Source: Hemiscyllium ocellatum
Taxonomy: Eukaryota
DNA: 64,000 nt
Direction of reading: 5' to 3'
Assembly (NCBI RefSeq): GCF_020745735.1
Contig: NC_083437.1
Coordinates: forward strand, 11,284,001-11,348,000
Below, piece after piece: positions 63,051-64,000 of the stretch (within the stretch, counting starts at the first letter, position 1; the number at the start of each line of letters is the position of its first letter). Position numbers and translations under genes: made by a program. The notes under the pieces are model-generated. The model did no database searches, was not told the DNA's origin, and saw only the letters and a list, made by a program, of their open reading frames with translations.

Positions 63051-64000
63051 GACCAAAAACTTTCATGTACTTACCCCCACACTCGTGGTTCCTCAACTGT
63101 TCCAGAATCTTCTATTGGCCTGTCGGACGCCATTACACATGTGGCCGCTACAGCGCCTGCGGCACCAACGGCCGCCGTCGACCGCGACATCACTTCCGCC
63201 CCCACCGACCTCGGAGCCTCCGCGATCGCCGTCCAAACAACCGCCCCGGCAATCGCCGCACAGACAACCGCTTCCACGATCGCCAACGGACTCGCAACCC
63301 CCGCGGCTACCGGGAATGACAACGGTTCTTCCGTCGCCACAATCATTTCCGCCCCTTCGGTTGCCGTCGCTGCAGTCACTTCCGCCCCCACTGACATCAC
63401 TAACCTGCAGGACCACAACGCCTCAGGTGTCTCCGCCCCCACGCCGTCTTTCGTCACTACACGTAACCCCGCCCTCACGCAAACCTTCGTCACCACGCAT
63501 AACCCCGCCCCCACGCCGACTTTCGCCACCACACGTAACCCCGTCCCCACGCTTACTTCCATCACGACGCATGACCCTGCCCCCACGCTTGACCCCGCCC
63601 CCACACCGAGCAATGTCACCACGTCTAACCCCGCCCGTCTGTCGATCTCTGTCCCCGCCCCTAACCCCGCCCCCACCCCCAGCTCCAGTCCCACACCAGG
63701 TCCTAGCTCCCAGCCTTGCCGGATCTTCACCATCCCTCCAGACCTCCCCCTCTCTGAGGATGAAAGATCAGTCCTCAGCAGAGGCCTCACCTTCATTCCC
63801 CTACGCCCTTGGATCAATGAGTTCAACACGCGGCGAGATATTGAACAATTCTTCCACCGCCTTCGCCTCCGTGCCTACTTTAACAACCAAGACTCCCGCC
63901 CACCCTTTGATGACCCCTTCTCCCGCCTCCAACACACCCCATCCACCTGGACACCCCGTGCTGGCCTCTTACCCGCCCTCGATCTATTTATAGCCAACTG
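63051..64000 (+). mobile_element. young 5'-truncated Neptune-like PLE; open frame runs off the window end
   Basis: Frame from 63051 is open to the end: ...SQPCRIFTIPPDLPLSEDERSVLSRGLTFIPLRPWINEFNTRRDIEQFFHRLRLRAYF... matches the PLE pre-RT motif LSxxExxVLxxGLxFxP...FxRxLRLxxxF. CpG-rich. Confidence 0.85.

Noticed and set aside
63065-63993. ORFs 63085-63993 (+), 63065-63319 (+), 63071-63829 (-) and 63093-63416 (-) as genes
   Set aside because: Alternative-frame or antisense shadows of a GC-rich low-complexity PLE region; only the unlisted frame from 63051 carries conserved PLE motifs.

Overview
Eukaryotic, repeat-dense, essentially non-genic DNA. The repeat families point to a shark (inference: carpet/bamboo-shark-like): CR1 LINEs, HE1/V-SINEs, Deu-domain SINEs, Rex1/Babar, Penelope-like elements (PLEs) and decayed Harbinger transposons. 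I could not support any host protein-coding gene. The ORFs in the track that I could recognise are fragments of LINE, PLE or Harbinger coding sequence or their antisense shadows; the rest look like chance ORFs. Most interesting: (1) at least four PLE families, each with its own minimal hammerhead-ribozyme motif, many copies present as short fold-back palindromes that turn at the ribozyme and have 12-15 bp target-site duplications; (2) apparently non-autonomous composite retroposons that join unrelated GC-rich or VNTR bodies to a Rex1/Babar-like 3' tail; (3) a young CpG-rich PLE at the window end whose open frame (missing from the ORF track) has a long mucin-like Pro/Thr/Ala segment; (4) a 2.1-kb 37-bp satellite with higher-order structure. 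Boundaries of old repeats were read by eye and are approximate (tens of bp). Family names come from recognising motifs, not from database searches.
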